Of a stretch of 64,000 bases of DNA, positions 37,875-47,355 are shown one piece after another. Numbering within the stretch: the first letter of the stretch is position 1; every line of letters starts with the position of its first letter. The notes under the pieces are model-generated. The model made no database searches, was not told where the DNA came from, and saw only the letters and a program-made list of their open reading frames with translations. Where the stretch lies: the NCBI GenBank assembly GCA_938075675.1, contig CALJHE010000005.1, positions 71,097-135,096 on the forward strand, given 5' to 3'. Made by a program: the position numbers and the translations under genes. The DNA comes from Candidatus Poseidoniaceae archaeon (GTDB taxonomy: Archaea; Thermoplasmatota; Poseidoniia; Poseidoniales; Poseidoniaceae).

Positions 37875-40800
37875 ATGTCTGATGTATTTTCCAATCTCGA
37901 CCCTCGCTTGACCGCTGCGCTCGATTCAAAGGGGTGGAAACCTACCCCGGTTCAAGTAGCTACTTTACCGGAGTTATGCGATGGAGGTGACCGAATCATC
38001 GTTGCCCCAACCGGCTCAGGAAAGACGATGTCCGCAGTGCTACCGATGCTGAACCGATGCCTCGTTGAAGGATGGAAACCCCTTTCAATACTCTACATCA
38101 CTCCGCTTCGAGCACTCAATCGAGACGTTGACCGACGACTGAACGAAATTACTGAAGCAGTCGGCCTCAAAGTAGGATTACGGCATGGAGATACCAAACA
38201 AAGTGAAAGAAGCCGGCAGGTGCGTAACCCACCAGACTTGCTGGTTACAACTCCTGAAACGTTTCAGTTGATGTTTACAGGGAAAAATCTGCGTGAGTTA
38301 TTGAAGCGAGTTCAAGCGGTAATCATCGATGAAGTACACGACTTGGCTGCGAGTGAAAGAGGATGGCAACTCTCCGTTGGTTTAGAGCGAATGGAAGCGC
38401 TCTCTGGCCATCCAGTACAACGGATTGGTCTTTCTGCAACGGTTGGAAACCCTGATGAAGTCGCACAATGGCTATCGCCCAAAAAAGGCAAAGCGCTCCT
38501 TACAACCGGAAACAGAACCACGGATCTCTCCGTCGAGTGTGCTCAAACACTTCCTGAAGATGAAATCGGAGCACTCGAATTGAGTATCCAGCCTCGCGCC
38601 CACGCAAGTTTCCGACGCATGGTGGAAATCCTGAGAACTGAACCACCATGTCTGGTATTCGTCAACAGCAGAAGCGATGCCGAAACGATAGCCAGTCGTC
38701 TTCAATCGATGGCACCGGATGTAGACATAGGTGTTCATCACGGTTCACTGGCTGCCGAAACCCGTCGTGAAATGGAAGATAAATTACGCAGTGGAGAGTT
38801 GGCAGGCTTGGTGTGTACATCAAGCCTGGAACTTGGAATCGATGTTGGAAAGATTCGAAGAATACTGCAGATTAAGAGCCCACGCTCCGTTGACAGAATG
38901 CTTCAACGGGTTGGTCGAGCAGACCATCGTCTCGATGGTATTGGGAAAGGACATCTGTTGTCTTGGGACACCGACGACCTAGCAGAAAGTGCAGTGGTTG
39001 GTCGCCGAGCAATGCTTGGACACATTGAGTCTATTGAATGGCGAAATAGACCGCTATCGGTTGCTGCCAACCAACTTGTCCTCATGGCGCATTCAATGAA
39101 TGCAGTGTCGATTGATGAAGCAACCGAAATTCTTGCCAAAGTATCTCAGTTTGAGGGATGGCAACGAGTTGACACTGAATCCCTTCTTCGAGTCCTAGCG
39201 GATGGATGGGTACTTCGATTCACACCCGATCCAAGTGAAGTTCCCTGGTACCGCTGGCCAAAGGCAGTTTACACCGTTGCAATGGAAGAAGCGATGAAGA
39301 AAGGACACCCTTTACCGGAAGAACGACCGTTGTTCTCATTGCCTGATGAAGAAGTTCCTGATTCCTTCAAAAATCGCGATGTCGATGTACCGCTTCCGTT
39401 CAAAGATGGATGGTTTTCGACTGCGGGCAGAACCCGTCAATGGGTGACAAATCACCTTTCGATGATTCCCGACAAGCAATCGTATCGCGTCCGGGATGCT
39501 GTTACTCGTCGCAGTTTGGGAAGCGTTGACGAGGCGTTCGTATTGTCACTAAACGACAGCGGAGAAGACGATGATGGAAGCCGTCGCCAATTCGTAATGG
39601 CTGGCCGTACTTGGTTGATTATCGATGCAGACCCCGAACAATCAGAACTGCTCGTAGCACCTGTTTCAGATAAAGCGGAAGCTCCACGGTGGGTTGGAGA
39701 ATTACCACCCGTCCCCAAAGCAATCGGGCGAGACATAGGACGATTACGCCAACTTATTGCCGACGATTTGAAATTGTTTGACAACGCAAGCAACGGGGAA
39801 CTCGACGTTCTTTCCATCGATACCGAGGGGATTTTTGCTGACCGACACTCAACCCTTGCAGAACACCCCATCGATGAGGAAGCGCTCAGTGTGATGGCTG
39901 AGAGCATTACTGCTCACGTTGAGGCGACGGAATATTTGCCAACCGACCGGTTGATGACACTTGAGAGGCGTGAAGACGCTATTGTCATTAATTCCTGCCA
40001 TGGCTCTCGTATCAACGAAGGTTTGGGGCATTTCCTGATGGCTATGGCGACAACCAAGACGGGGAAATGGGGGCGGTTGGTCGTAGAACCGACTCGCATT
40101 GCTCTGCAAACTGGAGCAGTAAACCCTGAAGAAATACAAGCGTGGCTGATGGAAACCCCCCCTGATGCAATTGAAGGGTTGTTGAGCGTAACCTTACCAA
40201 ACTCTCGCCAAGTTCGATGGAGATTTGCTCAGGTGGCTAAGACATTTGGTATCCTGCGTCACGGCGTAGATCCCCGCAAAATCAACCTCCAAGCGCTTCT
40301 GCGAAAGTACCGTGGAACGGTGGTCATGGAAGAAGTGCTGTCAAAACTGTTCCATGAACGAATGGATGTCCTCGGCGTACGCGACGTCATGCGTTCAATT
40401 CAAAGTGGAAATATTCAGTTGAAAATAACTGCATCAGGGCCGATAGGCCTTTCCAACCACTCCAGCAGGGACATGCTACTACCAAATTGGGATAACGCCC
40501 AAGTTCGAAAACAACTGAAAGGCCGACTTACCAATGAGCGAGCGGTGCTCTGCTGCTTGAAGTGCAAAGCAATTCGGCGGTTCAGAGTGGCCCGTTATCT
40601 TGAAATTGATGGGATAAAATCGTGTTTAAAATGCAGAGGTTCAATGCTGGCGTGCGCTCCTGAACGAATGCAATCTATGCTCGTTGATTGGGTGAGTTCG
40701 GACGATGAAAAGGATCTGGCACGAATGATGAAAAACGCGTCAATCGTTCAATCGAGAGGTTATGAAGCCGTTCTCAGCCTCATGGGCCGTGGCATTGGCG

Positions 40801-40916
40801 AAGCGACTGCCCAACGTATTCTGCGTAAAGTTCAGAGGAACAATATGGAAGGGTTGCTCGAAACCATTCACAATGCGGAAATTGAATACGCACGAACGAG
40901 AAGGTTCTGGAATTAA
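37875..40916 (+). CDS. Lhr-like large ATP-dependent DEAD/DEAH-box helicase with a C-terminal Zn-ribbon
   Basis: Motif I APTGSGKT, motif II DEVHDL, a helicase C-terminal domain and a Cys cluster CCLKCKAIRR...CLKCRGS. 1,013 aa. Confidence 0.7.
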   Translation: MSDVFSNLDPRLTAALDSKGWKPTPVQVATLPELCDGGDRIIVAPTGSGKTMSAVLPMLNRCLVEGWKPLSILYITPLRALNRDVDRRLNEITEAVGLKVGLRHGDTKQSERSRQVRNPPDLLVTTPETFQLMFTGKNLRELLKRVQAVIIDEVHDLAASERGWQLSVGLERMEALSGHPVQRIGLSATVGNPDEVAQWLSPKKGKALLTTGNRTTDLSVECAQTLPEDEIGALELSIQPRAHASFRRMVEILRTEPPCLVFVNSRSDAETIASRLQSMAPDVDIGVHHGSLAAETRREMEDKLRSGELAGLVCTSSLELGIDVGKIRRILQIKSPRSVDRMLQRVGRADHRLDGIGKGHLLSWDTDDLAESAVVGRRAMLGHIESIEWRNRPLSVAANQLVLMAHSMNAVSIDEATEILAKVSQFEGWQRVDTESLLRVLADGWVLRFTPDPSEVPWYRWPKAVYTVAMEEAMKKGHPLPEERPLFSLPDEEVPDSFKNRDVDVPLPFKDGWFSTAGRTRQWVTNHLSMIPDKQSYRVRDAVTRRSLGSVDEAFVLSLNDSGEDDDGSRRQFVMAGRTWLIIDADPEQSELLVAPVSDKAEAPRWVGELPPVPKAIGRDIGRLRQLIADDLKLFDNASNGELDVLSIDTEGIFADRHSTLAEHPIDEEALSVMAESITAHVEATEYLPTDRLMTLERREDAIVINSCHGSRINEGLGHFLMAMATTKTGKWGRLVVEPTRIALQTGAVNPEEIQAWLMETPPDAIEGLLSVTLPNSRQVRWRFAQVAKTFGILRHGVDPRKINLQALLRKYRGTVVMEEVLSKLFHERMDVLGVRDVMRSIQSGNIQLKITASGPIGLSNHSSRDMLLPNWDNAQVRKQLKGRLTNERAVLCCLKCKAIRRFRVARYLEIDGIKSCLKCRGSMLACAPERMQSMLVDWVSSDDEKDLARMMKNASIVQSRGYEAVLSLMGRGIGEATAQRILRKVQRNNMEGLLETIHNAEIEYARTRRFWN

Positions 40917-40921
40917 TCGCT

Positions 40922-41917
40922 CTATGGTTCAAGTTGATTGATGGCTAGTGCTGCCGCAACCACGTCTCCATCCTCCCACCAATCGACAGCGATGAATGTA
41001 GGTCGCTTACCGTGTTGTTGCCAACACTCTGTAGCTCGTTGGACGAGAAAATCAACATCGTTCGCTTCATCTCCTCGCGATGGATCTGAAAGTCCCAAAG
41101 GACCACGAAGCCAGTTGTTCATGTGGTAGACTTCTTGTTCGACATCACCTCGAAGGAGATCACAATTCATGTCTTCAGTGTTCTCTTCGGCATAGTTCGT
41201 TGTCCAACTGTAGGTCAGAAAGTCATGAACCCAAGGATGCGAAGAATCCCCCCCTTGTTCCCAAAAGACGACCAAAGTCGTCTCCTGTTCAATCATTTCT
41301 TGAAGCGTTGGCCAAGCCGTGTCGAGGGTGTGGATGTACATTTTTTCTCTGAGATTGGCTTGTTCAAAAACGGCCAGTAAATGGTCTGGCTGTACGTAAT
41401 TTTCTACCAACAAAGTGACGATATCTCGAGGGTTTTCGTTCATCTTTGATTGTAAATTGGAAAGCCAAGACACTGAATTGACATTGCCGTAGATGCACGG
41501 ACTGAACCCACGGTCATCGTCCCCGTGACACAAACGCACCGAATCTACACGCTCATCGCCAAGTGTCTCATAGTGTGTATCAATCATGAAAGCACGCATG
41601 CCAGCCGCCCATTGCGCATCAAGACCGGTTTGGTGGTTACTCGCTGGATAATAGATTCCATCTTGATGGGTTGAGAAGGCGTTGTGCGTTTCCGGGAATG
41701 TGACGTTATCGTAGGTTCTTTGGCAAAGTACAACTAAACCGTTGCAAGCCTCGGACGGTAGTTCTGAGTCATCACCTTCTTGAATTGAAGAAGTATCGAC
41801 GCTCGGTGCTACACAGCCTGAACTCAACAACACGAGGGTCAATAAAACTGCAAAGAGACCACCTCGCATGGTAGGGTCATAGCGAATGACAACATCAAGT
41901 CGTCGGTTCATCATCAA
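40922..41917 (-). CDS. Secreted lipoprotein, putative PLC-like phosphodiesterase (TIM-barrel PI-PLC X-domain-like)
   Basis: Signal peptide with the lipobox LLSSGC. The PI-PLC-X-like motifs THNAFSTH and GMRAFMIDTHYE are weak. ATGA overlap with the dCMP deaminase stop. Confidence 0.35.
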   Translation of the reverse strand: MMMNRRLDVVIRYDPTMRGGLFAVLLTLVLLSSGCVAPSVDTSSIQEGDDSELPSEACNGLVVLCQRTYDNVTFPETHNAFSTHQDGIYYPASNHQTGLDAQWAAGMRAFMIDTHYETLGDERVDSVRLCHGDDDRGFSPCIYGNVNSVSWLSNLQSKMNENPRDIVTLLVENYVQPDHLLAVFEQANLREKMYIHTLDTAWPTLQEMIEQETTLVVFWEQGGDSSHPWVHDFLTYSWTTNYAEENTEDMNCDLLRGDVEQEVYHMNNWLRGPLGLSDPSRGDEANDVDFLVQRATECWQQHGKRPTFIAVDWWEDGDVVAAALAINQLEP

Positions 41918-42360
41918 ACGGTACGAACTTGAATTCCTGCCTCATTCAACATGCCGTTTGAGGTATTGAAATCATCTTGCCATCGTTCAGGTATGCCGTT
42001 TGTCTCAGGATAAACAATTTCCACAATACCTGCTTGAATCAACGAGCGGGCACAACGGGAACAAGGCGGCCAAGTAACGTAAGCGGTGCTCCCCTTGAGC
42101 GAAACACCAATCCGGGCAGCGTGCATAATTGCATTTTCCTCAGCATGACAAATAAGAGGATACTTCTTTTCTCGGTCCGTTAGGCGGTCCATATCATCGC
42201 TTATTCCCCGAGGGAAACCGTTGAAGCCCGTCGAGCGAATCTCTCTGTCGCCTCCAACCACAACACAACCGACTTTGGTCGAAGGATCTTTACTCCATCC
42301 CGAAATGTGCTTTGCCAATTCCAGAAAACGATTGTCCCATTTCTCACTCATGGCTCTCAA
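41914..42360 (-). CDS. dCMP / cytidine deaminase family zinc enzyme
   Basis: HAEENAIMHAARIG ... PCSRCARSLIQAGI (H-x-E and PCxxC zinc ligands). 148 aa. Confidence 0.7.
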   Translation of the reverse strand: MRAMSEKWDNRFLELAKHISGWSKDPSTKVGCVVVGGDREIRSTGFNGFPRGISDDMDRLTDREKKYPLICHAEENAIMHAARIGVSLKGSTAYVTWPPCSRCARSLIQAGIVEIVYPETNGIPERWQDDFNTSNGMLNEAGIQVRTV

Positions 42361-42386
42361 CGGTCATCTCACAGGCTATCGCTCTA

Positions 42387-43682
42387 TCAGTCCTTCGCAT
42401 ACAACGAAAGGTCCTCATCCGAGCCCCAACCAAAGACGGACAAGAGATTTCCTTGCAAATACAGAGAGCCTAAACTGACCACTAAACCAACTTCCTCAGC
42501 GTCATAGGATGCTAGAGAATGAATTGCATCTCTCGGTAATTCGTGGCACTGCACATCGTCACGATTCCAATCAAGGTGAGACAACGCGTCGAGTGGGACG
42601 CCGGGGTATCTGCCGCCCTGGGGTTTTGTGAGAACGATGTTCTTTGGAGGATATTTCTGACAAAAGTCTAACAGTGGTTCAAGAAAATGACTCAACTCCT
42701 CCTGGGGAGAGGTGCCAAAAATTAGACTCCAAACTGGCTTCCCACTCAATTCTGGCGCATGTTTCGCTATGTGTTGCTCAAGTTCTGGTAAAATTCGGAG
42801 CAATCCAGATGGGTTGTGAGCTGCATCAAGCAGGTATGGATGGGATGAAGTCGAAGAACTGGGAAGGAATTGCATTCGTGCAAGCCATCGCAGATTATCT
42901 CGAGCAGTATCCAATGAATCAGTTGGAAAACCAAGGTGTTGAAACATTGCGAGGGCAAGAGAAAATGCCTCGTTTCGAACCGTAGAGCCTTTCTCAATTC
43001 CAACGACATGAACTTCAGCGGGGGAGAGAATCTCTCCGAGTTCCGTATTTCCTGCCTTTCTTGCTTCCAACTTCATGGCCTCGAGAACCTCGTGATCAAT
43101 GGGTTCGCGGATGAATAAAGGACGTTTTGGACGAGCAATTGCAGCCTTTTCACGAGCGATAGTGGGCAAGTCATCTCCGAGGACATCTGTGTGTTCACGA
43201 GTCACTGCAGTCACCAAGCATGCCGTCGCAGGCCCGCAGCGTGTTGCATCCAAGCGTCCGCCTAATCCGGTTTCGAGAATCAAGACACTGCTTCCCTGAG
43301 AGGCAATCATAGCGACCAAATAAGTCACTTCAAAGAACGTCAAATCAACGTTCGATTCTTGAGTTTCGCCACTTGCAGCATCGTGAATTAAGAGGAGAGC
43401 TTGGTCAAACTCTTCGCTTGAAATTGGGATTCCATTGCGCCGTACCCGTTCCTCAAGTCGAACAACATGAGGTGAACTGAACAATACATTTCCAATGCCT
43501 TCCAAACCCAAGCCAGTTGCCATAAGTGCGCACACTGTCCCTTTTCCGTTGCTACCTGCGACATGAAGAATATGTTCAGGCAGCGAAAGTTGCAAACGGT
43601 CAAGAACGGTTCTTGTTCCCTTCAAACCTAACGCCATACCGCGCTTTTTGGTCGATTCGAGCCAAGTTCGCACTTCAACCAC
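42387..43682 (-). CDS. Folylpolyglutamate synthase / dihydrofolate synthase-like Mur-ligase family protein
   Basis: LHVAGSNGKGTVCALMA P-loop of the Mur ligase / FolC family. 431 aa. Confidence 0.55.
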   Translation of the reverse strand: MVEVRTWLESTKKRGMALGLKGTRTVLDRLQLSLPEHILHVAGSNGKGTVCALMATGLGLEGIGNVLFSSPHVVRLEERVRRNGIPISSEEFDQALLLIHDAASGETQESNVDLTFFEVTYLVAMIASQGSSVLILETGLGGRLDATRCGPATACLVTAVTREHTDVLGDDLPTIAREKAAIARPKRPLFIREPIDHEVLEAMKLEARKAGNTELGEILSPAEVHVVGIEKGSTVRNEAFSLALAMFQHLGFPTDSLDTARDNLRWLARMQFLPSSSTSSHPYLLDAAHNPSGLLRILPELEQHIAKHAPELSGKPVWSLIFGTSPQEELSHFLEPLLDFCQKYPPKNIVLTKPQGGRYPGVPLDALSHLDWNRDDVQCHELPRDAIHSLASYDAEEVGLVVSLGSLYLQGNLLSVFGWGSDEDLSLYAKD

Positions 43683-43710
43683 ATCCTTGCGAAGTGTTGG
43701 TGTGATTAGT

Positions 43711-43761
43711 CCTTTTCTTTGACTCGAAAAGGGACGCTCCCATTCGCCCCCTACGGGGGCG
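43711..43761. other. Two adjacent stem-loops, CCTTTTC-N8-GAAAAGG and CGCCCCC-TAC-GGGGGCG, in the divergent intergenic region that ends 4 nt before the 43766 ATG
   Basis: Both are perfect 7-bp stems read directly from the sequence. Confidence 0.4.
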
Positions 43762-43765
43762 TGTT

Positions 43766-46015
43766 ATGCGCGACCCTCATATGAGTGTCCGAAGTCGACA
43801 GGGTATGAGCGAACAGGAGTCAACCTCAGAACCGAAGCGAAAGGTTTCTGAGGAATTTGCCGCTGTTCAAGCACAATTACGCAAGGAAGACACGTTGCTT
43901 TGGATGATGAAAGAGCAACTACCGTCAATGATGGGTATGATGTTCATGTTCATCCTAACCATTGCAATCTCACTGTACATTCGACCATGGTATGACATTG
44001 CAGAATTGCAAGCCTACGGCGTCGATGGAGCACGGCAAGTTCGATACATAGCGCTTCAATTGGTCATGATTTTCATCTTTACTGCAGGGATTTTATTACT
44101 TGCGAAATACAAGAAAGAGTGGATCATAAAGTACGGAATAATGGGCGTTCTCGCTATTGCGCTCTTGTATGCTACTGTTCCTCTCACACACGTCATGGTA
44201 CTCGACTTGGAAGCAGACCCGTTCAACTATGACAGTGAAACGGAGGTTGGCATGTCCTACCATTCACACCACGGCATGAACACGCACATTACCAACTCGC
44301 TCATTGGTACGCCAAGCACATGGAACGATTCAATAAGCGTGTACAACGGTGATGGGCTAGAAACGAACACCACGAAGTGGAGCATGAGCCATGAGCGGCT
44401 TCCATACGCTGATACGGGCCAACTCAACATCGTAGTTTCAGACGACTACTATTCCTTTACCAATCAAGGCTTTATTTGGTATGTTGATGCTGAAACCGGT
44501 GAATTGCAAGATTCTTATGCTTGCCACCGATATCTCGACACCGATGACCCAGTTCCGCTTGGCAATCTTGAAGGGGGCTGTACGCTTGCTTTCCATGCCG
44601 ATGACGCAATGTATGTTATCGACCAAAACGGTCAACTGGTTCGCTTCAATACGTTTGAGGATAGCCCTGGAAATTTGACCTATCAAGCAGCATGGAGGCT
44701 CCCTTCTGGATTGAACACGGACCAAGGTGTTGTTTACTCAGAAGTTATTGACGATGACAAGGTACTCATTGTTACCCCTACTGCTGCTGCCGTTCTTGAA
44801 TTGGAATCAAACTCAGGTGCTCTTGACTTGAATCCAAATACCAATGATATGGCAAGCGTGTTGTTTACTGTTAACGCCACGAGCAATTTTACAAGCGCTG
44901 ATTTTGGTCATTCTCCCTGGTCATCCGTTAAAATGGATGAAAGCAATGGACTGGAAGGTTTGTTGTTACTTGGTGATGAAAACGGCGATGTTACCGGCTA
45001 TGAATGGAATGAATCCGATGGTGTCATCTTTGAACCTCAAACGAGGATTGCGCTGCTCGGTTACGGCCAGACCATCCAATCTGTACGAATCACGGACCTT
45101 GACGAAAGTGGTTTCAGTGATATGCTCATTACAACCGGCGAAAATGCCGACTGGCTCCATACACAGAGCCTCAAAAACAGAATCTCCTTTGATGTAGAAA
45201 AAAATCTCAAGGCATCTTGGTTCACGTTCTCAGACGATTCAGTTCAATTCAATGCGGTATACGATAACGGCACAACCTCTCTTACCTCAGGGCCTATTGA
45301 AAATGGGATGTATGCACTTGATGGACCACAGTTCTCAGAAGGGCCGCTCATCGCAGCGCTGCTCATTACCACTGTTCTGATGATTCTTCTTTACGTCCAC
45401 AGCGAATGGTATGTTGTCAACACAGTTGGCGTATTGGTCGGCTCTGGAGTCATTGTCATGCTGGGTGTTACGTTCGTACCAACTTTGATTATCATCTTCA
45501 TGATTGCTGCAGCAATCTATGATGCTTGGGCTGTTTATCGCTCGAAACACATGCTTGACTTGGCCGATACAATGATCGGACTACGGCTTCCTATCCTGCT
45601 CGTAGCACCTCAAGAAAAGGGATATTCATTCATCGATGAGACCGTTTCGATGAAGGAAAAGAACGCTGCACCTGCACAGCAAATGGCAGCCCCCTCACAT
45701 AGGCCAGTTGCCAACAAGCAACCTAAGAAGCAAAGCAAGGATGCAATGTTCATGGGATTAGGTGACGTCATTTTCCCAGGTATGCTCGTCTTATCTTCAG
45801 CTCAATACATTGACGGAAGCGAAGGTTTCCAAATCGCCATGGCGACATTGATTGGCGGCCTAGTAGGCTACTTCGCATTGATGACATACGTTGCTCGTGG
45901 ACGGGCACAAGCCGGACTCCCGTTGTTGAACGGTGGAGCGATTCTAGGTTACATCATCGGCGGTATTGTTACCGGTGTTGGTTGGGCAATCTTTGACTTT
46001 GGACTGACCTTGTGA
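43766..46015 (+). CDS. Signal peptide peptidase / presenilin-family (A22) intramembrane aspartyl protease with a roughly 380-aa extracytoplasmic insert
   Basis: The C-terminal TM block carries AAAIYDAWAVY (YD), MFMGLGDVIFPGMLV (GLGD, compare human SPP LGLGDVVIPGIF) and AGLPLLNGGAILGY (a PAL-like motif). 3-4 N-terminal TM helices; the central soluble region carries an FG-GAP-like DLDESGFSDMLITTG. 749 aa. Confidence 0.55.
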   Translation: MRDPHMSVRSRQGMSEQESTSEPKRKVSEEFAAVQAQLRKEDTLLWMMKEQLPSMMGMMFMFILTIAISLYIRPWYDIAELQAYGVDGARQVRYIALQLVMIFIFTAGILLLAKYKKEWIIKYGIMGVLAIALLYATVPLTHVMVLDLEADPFNYDSETEVGMSYHSHHGMNTHITNSLIGTPSTWNDSISVYNGDGLETNTTKWSMSHERLPYADTGQLNIVVSDDYYSFTNQGFIWYVDAETGELQDSYACHRYLDTDDPVPLGNLEGGCTLAFHADDAMYVIDQNGQLVRFNTFEDSPGNLTYQAAWRLPSGLNTDQGVVYSEVIDDDKVLIVTPTAAAVLELESNSGALDLNPNTNDMASVLFTVNATSNFTSADFGHSPWSSVKMDESNGLEGLLLLGDENGDVTGYEWNESDGVIFEPQTRIALLGYGQTIQSVRITDLDESGFSDMLITTGENADWLHTQSLKNRISFDVEKNLKASWFTFSDDSVQFNAVYDNGTTSLTSGPIENGMYALDGPQFSEGPLIAALLITTVLMILLYVHSEWYVVNTVGVLVGSGVIVMLGVTFVPTLIIIFMIAAAIYDAWAVYRSKHMLDLADTMIGLRLPILLVAPQEKGYSFIDETVSMKEKNAAPAQQMAAPSHRPVANKQPKKQSKDAMFMGLGDVIFPGMLVLSSAQYIDGSEGFQIAMATLIGGLVGYFALMTYVARGRAQAGLPLLNGGAILGYIIGGIVTGVGWAIFDFGLTL

Positions 46016-46024
46016 GGTGTAAAA

Positions 46025-47317
46025 ATGCTGGATATCAACTTGTTTCGAAATGAACCTGAGACGATTCGAAAGGACCACGACAAGCGAGGTATACCCCATG
46101 ATAACATTGACCGAGTGATTGAACTTGATCAAGCATGGATTAATCTTCAGCATGAAACAAACCAATTGCGGGCGCAGAAAAACACGGCAGCAAGAGGGAT
46201 TGGTACTGCAAAAAAATCTGGCGACCAGGATGCAGTACAACGTATACTTGCTGAAGTGGCTGATTTAGGATCACAAATCGCTGAGATGGAAAAGAAAACT
46301 GAATCAGCAGTGGCCGAACGCGATAAACTCCGCATGTCAATCCCGAATATCCTTCACCCGGATGTACCCCAAGGGGCTGATGAATCTGGAAACACGCAGC
46401 ACAGCGTTCACGGTCAAAAACCAACCTTTGATTTTGAACCTCGTACGCACAATGAACTCATTGAAATGAACAAATGGGTGGACTTGAAACGTGCCGCAAA
46501 AATTGTTGGCAGTCGGTTCTTTTTCCTCAAAGGCGATTTAGCACGTCTTGAGTTTGCACTCCAGCAATTTTCAGTGGACTTCATTCGTGAACGTGGCTAT
46601 ACATTCGTCCAACCTCCTGTGATGATGAATCGTGATGCATATGAAGGCGTTACAGACCTCTCTGACTTTGAAACGGTGATGTACGGTGTTGAACCTGATG
46701 GCTACTACATGATTGCCACTGCTGAACACCCATTGACGGCGATGTTCATGGGTGAAACAATTCCTGAGGCGGACTTGCCGTTACGAATCGTAGGCGTCTC
46801 ACCTTGCTTTCGAAGGGAAGTCGGCTCACACGGACAATCAGATTTGGGCATTTGGAGAGTACACCAATTCACTAAGATTGAGCAAATCATCATTGCCACG
46901 CCAGAACAATCATGGGAACTGCAAGAAGAATTACTGCAAAACTGTCTCGACTTGTGGGATGCTCTCGATATGCATTACGAAGTTGTAAACATCTGTACCG
47001 GCGATATGGGAACAGTCGCTGCTCGAAAGTACGACCTTGAGGCATGGATTCCGGGTGCAAACCAGTACAAGGAAATTGTATCGTGTTCCAACTGTACCGA
47101 CTACCAAGCGAATCGCTTGCAAATTCGCTATGGTCAACCAGGCCACGCAGGACAGCCGATCGCACACACACTCAATTCGACTGCTGTAGCAACCTCACGA
47201 GCTCTTGTAGCGATTATGGAACAAAATCAAATGGAAGACGGTCGAGTCCGTATCCCTGAAGTCCTCCAACCCCTCATGGGAGGGCAGGAAACCCTTGAAC
47301 CATGCACTTGGGGTTAA
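46025..47317 (+). CDS. serS: Seryl-tRNA synthetase
   Basis: N-terminal coiled-coil arm MLDINLFRNEPETIRK... Class II motifs FRREVGSHG and RVHQFTKIEQ. 430 aa. Confidence 0.8.
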   Translation: MLDINLFRNEPETIRKDHDKRGIPHDNIDRVIELDQAWINLQHETNQLRAQKNTAARGIGTAKKSGDQDAVQRILAEVADLGSQIAEMEKKTESAVAERDKLRMSIPNILHPDVPQGADESGNTQHSVHGQKPTFDFEPRTHNELIEMNKWVDLKRAAKIVGSRFFFLKGDLARLEFALQQFSVDFIRERGYTFVQPPVMMNRDAYEGVTDLSDFETVMYGVEPDGYYMIATAEHPLTAMFMGETIPEADLPLRIVGVSPCFRREVGSHGQSDLGIWRVHQFTKIEQIIIATPEQSWELQEELLQNCLDLWDALDMHYEVVNICTGDMGTVAARKYDLEAWIPGANQYKEIVSCSNCTDYQANRLQIRYGQPGHAGQPIAHTLNSTAVATSRALVAIMEQNQMEDGRVRIPEVLQPLMGGQETLEPCTWG

Positions 47318-47355
47318 GCGTAAGTGTTGAAATAGCCTTGCCGTGATGGGCAAGC

